DNA of 64,000 nucleotides from Azolla caroliniana. Lineage: Eukaryota; Plantae; Polypodiophyta. The position numbers and the translations under genes were made by a program. Where the stretch lies: contig JBHGNT010000011.1 in assembly GCA_043228905.1 (NCBI GenBank), positions 19,902,001-19,966,000 of the forward strand. The letters are read 5' to 3'. A model generated the notes under the pieces. It was not told the DNA's origin and did no database searches. It worked only from the letters and a program-made list of their open reading frames with translations. Of the stretch, positions 62,811-64,000 are shown in pieces. The stretch's first letter is position 1. Every line of letters begins with the position of its first letter.

Positions 62811-64000
62811 CCTTTTTCCTGCTCTTGGCTCGTGTTCTTTTACGTTGGATTGTGTCGTAAAGCGTGGAAAGCCGCAAAGTGAAAAAGAAAAATCAATGGA
62901 ATGGATGGATAGATTTGATGATGCAGAATACTACATTACATATGTATGTATGTCCCCTTCCTCCCCTCCTCATGTGCCTCGGCCAATTATGTAAATAATT
63001 CTCCAAACTATTCATTTTCCCACTCCTATCCATCCATCCATGGATCGATGTATCTAGATTCTATCTATAATTAGCTCTTTCTTACTACCCACACACCAAG
63101 CTCCTATTAGCCACACATCCTCCACACATGAATGAATGAGTGAGTGAGTGTGTACATAATATATCTACGGATCCACACCCCCCCCCCCCCCCCCCCCCAA
63201 AAAAAAATGCATCTAGGATGATGGATGAATCCGTAGCCCCACCACCATCCATTCCGTCCGAATATGTAGCCCTCCCCACACTTACTCGTATCTTCCTAAC
63301 CCCAAATCGTTAGTCAAGTCATATGTTGCGTGAACCAACATAATGTCTACCTTCGGTCTCTCATTTCCATATATATTCTAATCATATATGAATGATTGTA
63401 AAGCTCATGATAGCATCCATCACCCATCCATCCGCGAGCACAAACCGTGTATATATGTACATACTATATATTCGCACAATGCTTTGAGCATGTATATACG
63501 ACCTCGTCCATGTCAACGTACGCAAGGATATGGCGCTCCCCCCTCCCCTTCTTCCTTTTTGTGGGTCCTTGGGGATGGGGTAATGGTGGGGAAGTGTGCA
63601 ATATATTATCACCTCGTTTTCTTTCTCCCACAGGTCATCGTGACTTTATTAATACCTTCTCAGCACATCTGTTCCTACGACTTTCCTTTTTTTCTTTCTC
63701 ATCGTATCATTGTAGTACGTTTCGTAACATGACCATCACCAATTCCATTAAACCCCGTGTGAAAGTTGTTAACGATCACATGGACTCTATACCTTATTCC
63801 CCCCTAAAATGCATTGTGTGCATTTACTGTGTGCTTTAAATACGAAAGAACCATGTCTTCACTTCACAATCAATTCGTAGTGTACCTATCCCCCGAACTT
63901 TCATTCAATTAAATTTCTCGTTTCCATGACAAGGCACATACATGATAGAGTTCAAAAACTAGTCTATAAGTCAAATTGTTACCTCTTAATGTTTTTGGTT

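Overview
Repeat-rich plant nuclear DNA. Gene content, retroelement types and abundant (GA)n/(CT)n tracts fit a large land-plant genome, but the taxon cannot be fixed from this window. There are three intact-looking host genes: a two-exon TPK tandem-pore K+ channel (22745-23975, +), a long TFIIS-N (TFS2N) domain protein with several xDLN (EAR-like) motifs of the SUO/At4g24200 type (39171-42662, -), and an unusually long RAV (AP2+B3, RLFGV) transcription factor (58771-61644, -). Most of 0.7-35 kb and 48-56 kb is nested transposon debris. It includes a three-level Ty1/Copia nest (an identical-LTR element inside a second Copia, inside an old Copia, plus a hAT MITE in one LTR), a second full-length Copia of the young family, solo LTRs, L1-type LINE pieces with TSDs, a Gypsy-like remnant and a repeat made of two convergent tRNA-like modules. 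The most interesting signals are: (i) two Copia copies with closely similar nucleocapsid-pol but highly divergent U5/leader/capsid blocks, suggesting cassette swapping; (ii) a Copia lineage whose PPT sits in a conserved hairpin and follows an extra 3' segment, which in one copy is an open charged ORF replacing RNase H; (iii) variable CCGG-rich tandem arrays in U3; (iv) the convergent double Pol III-box repeat. All comparisons were made by eye; no alignments or database searches were run.
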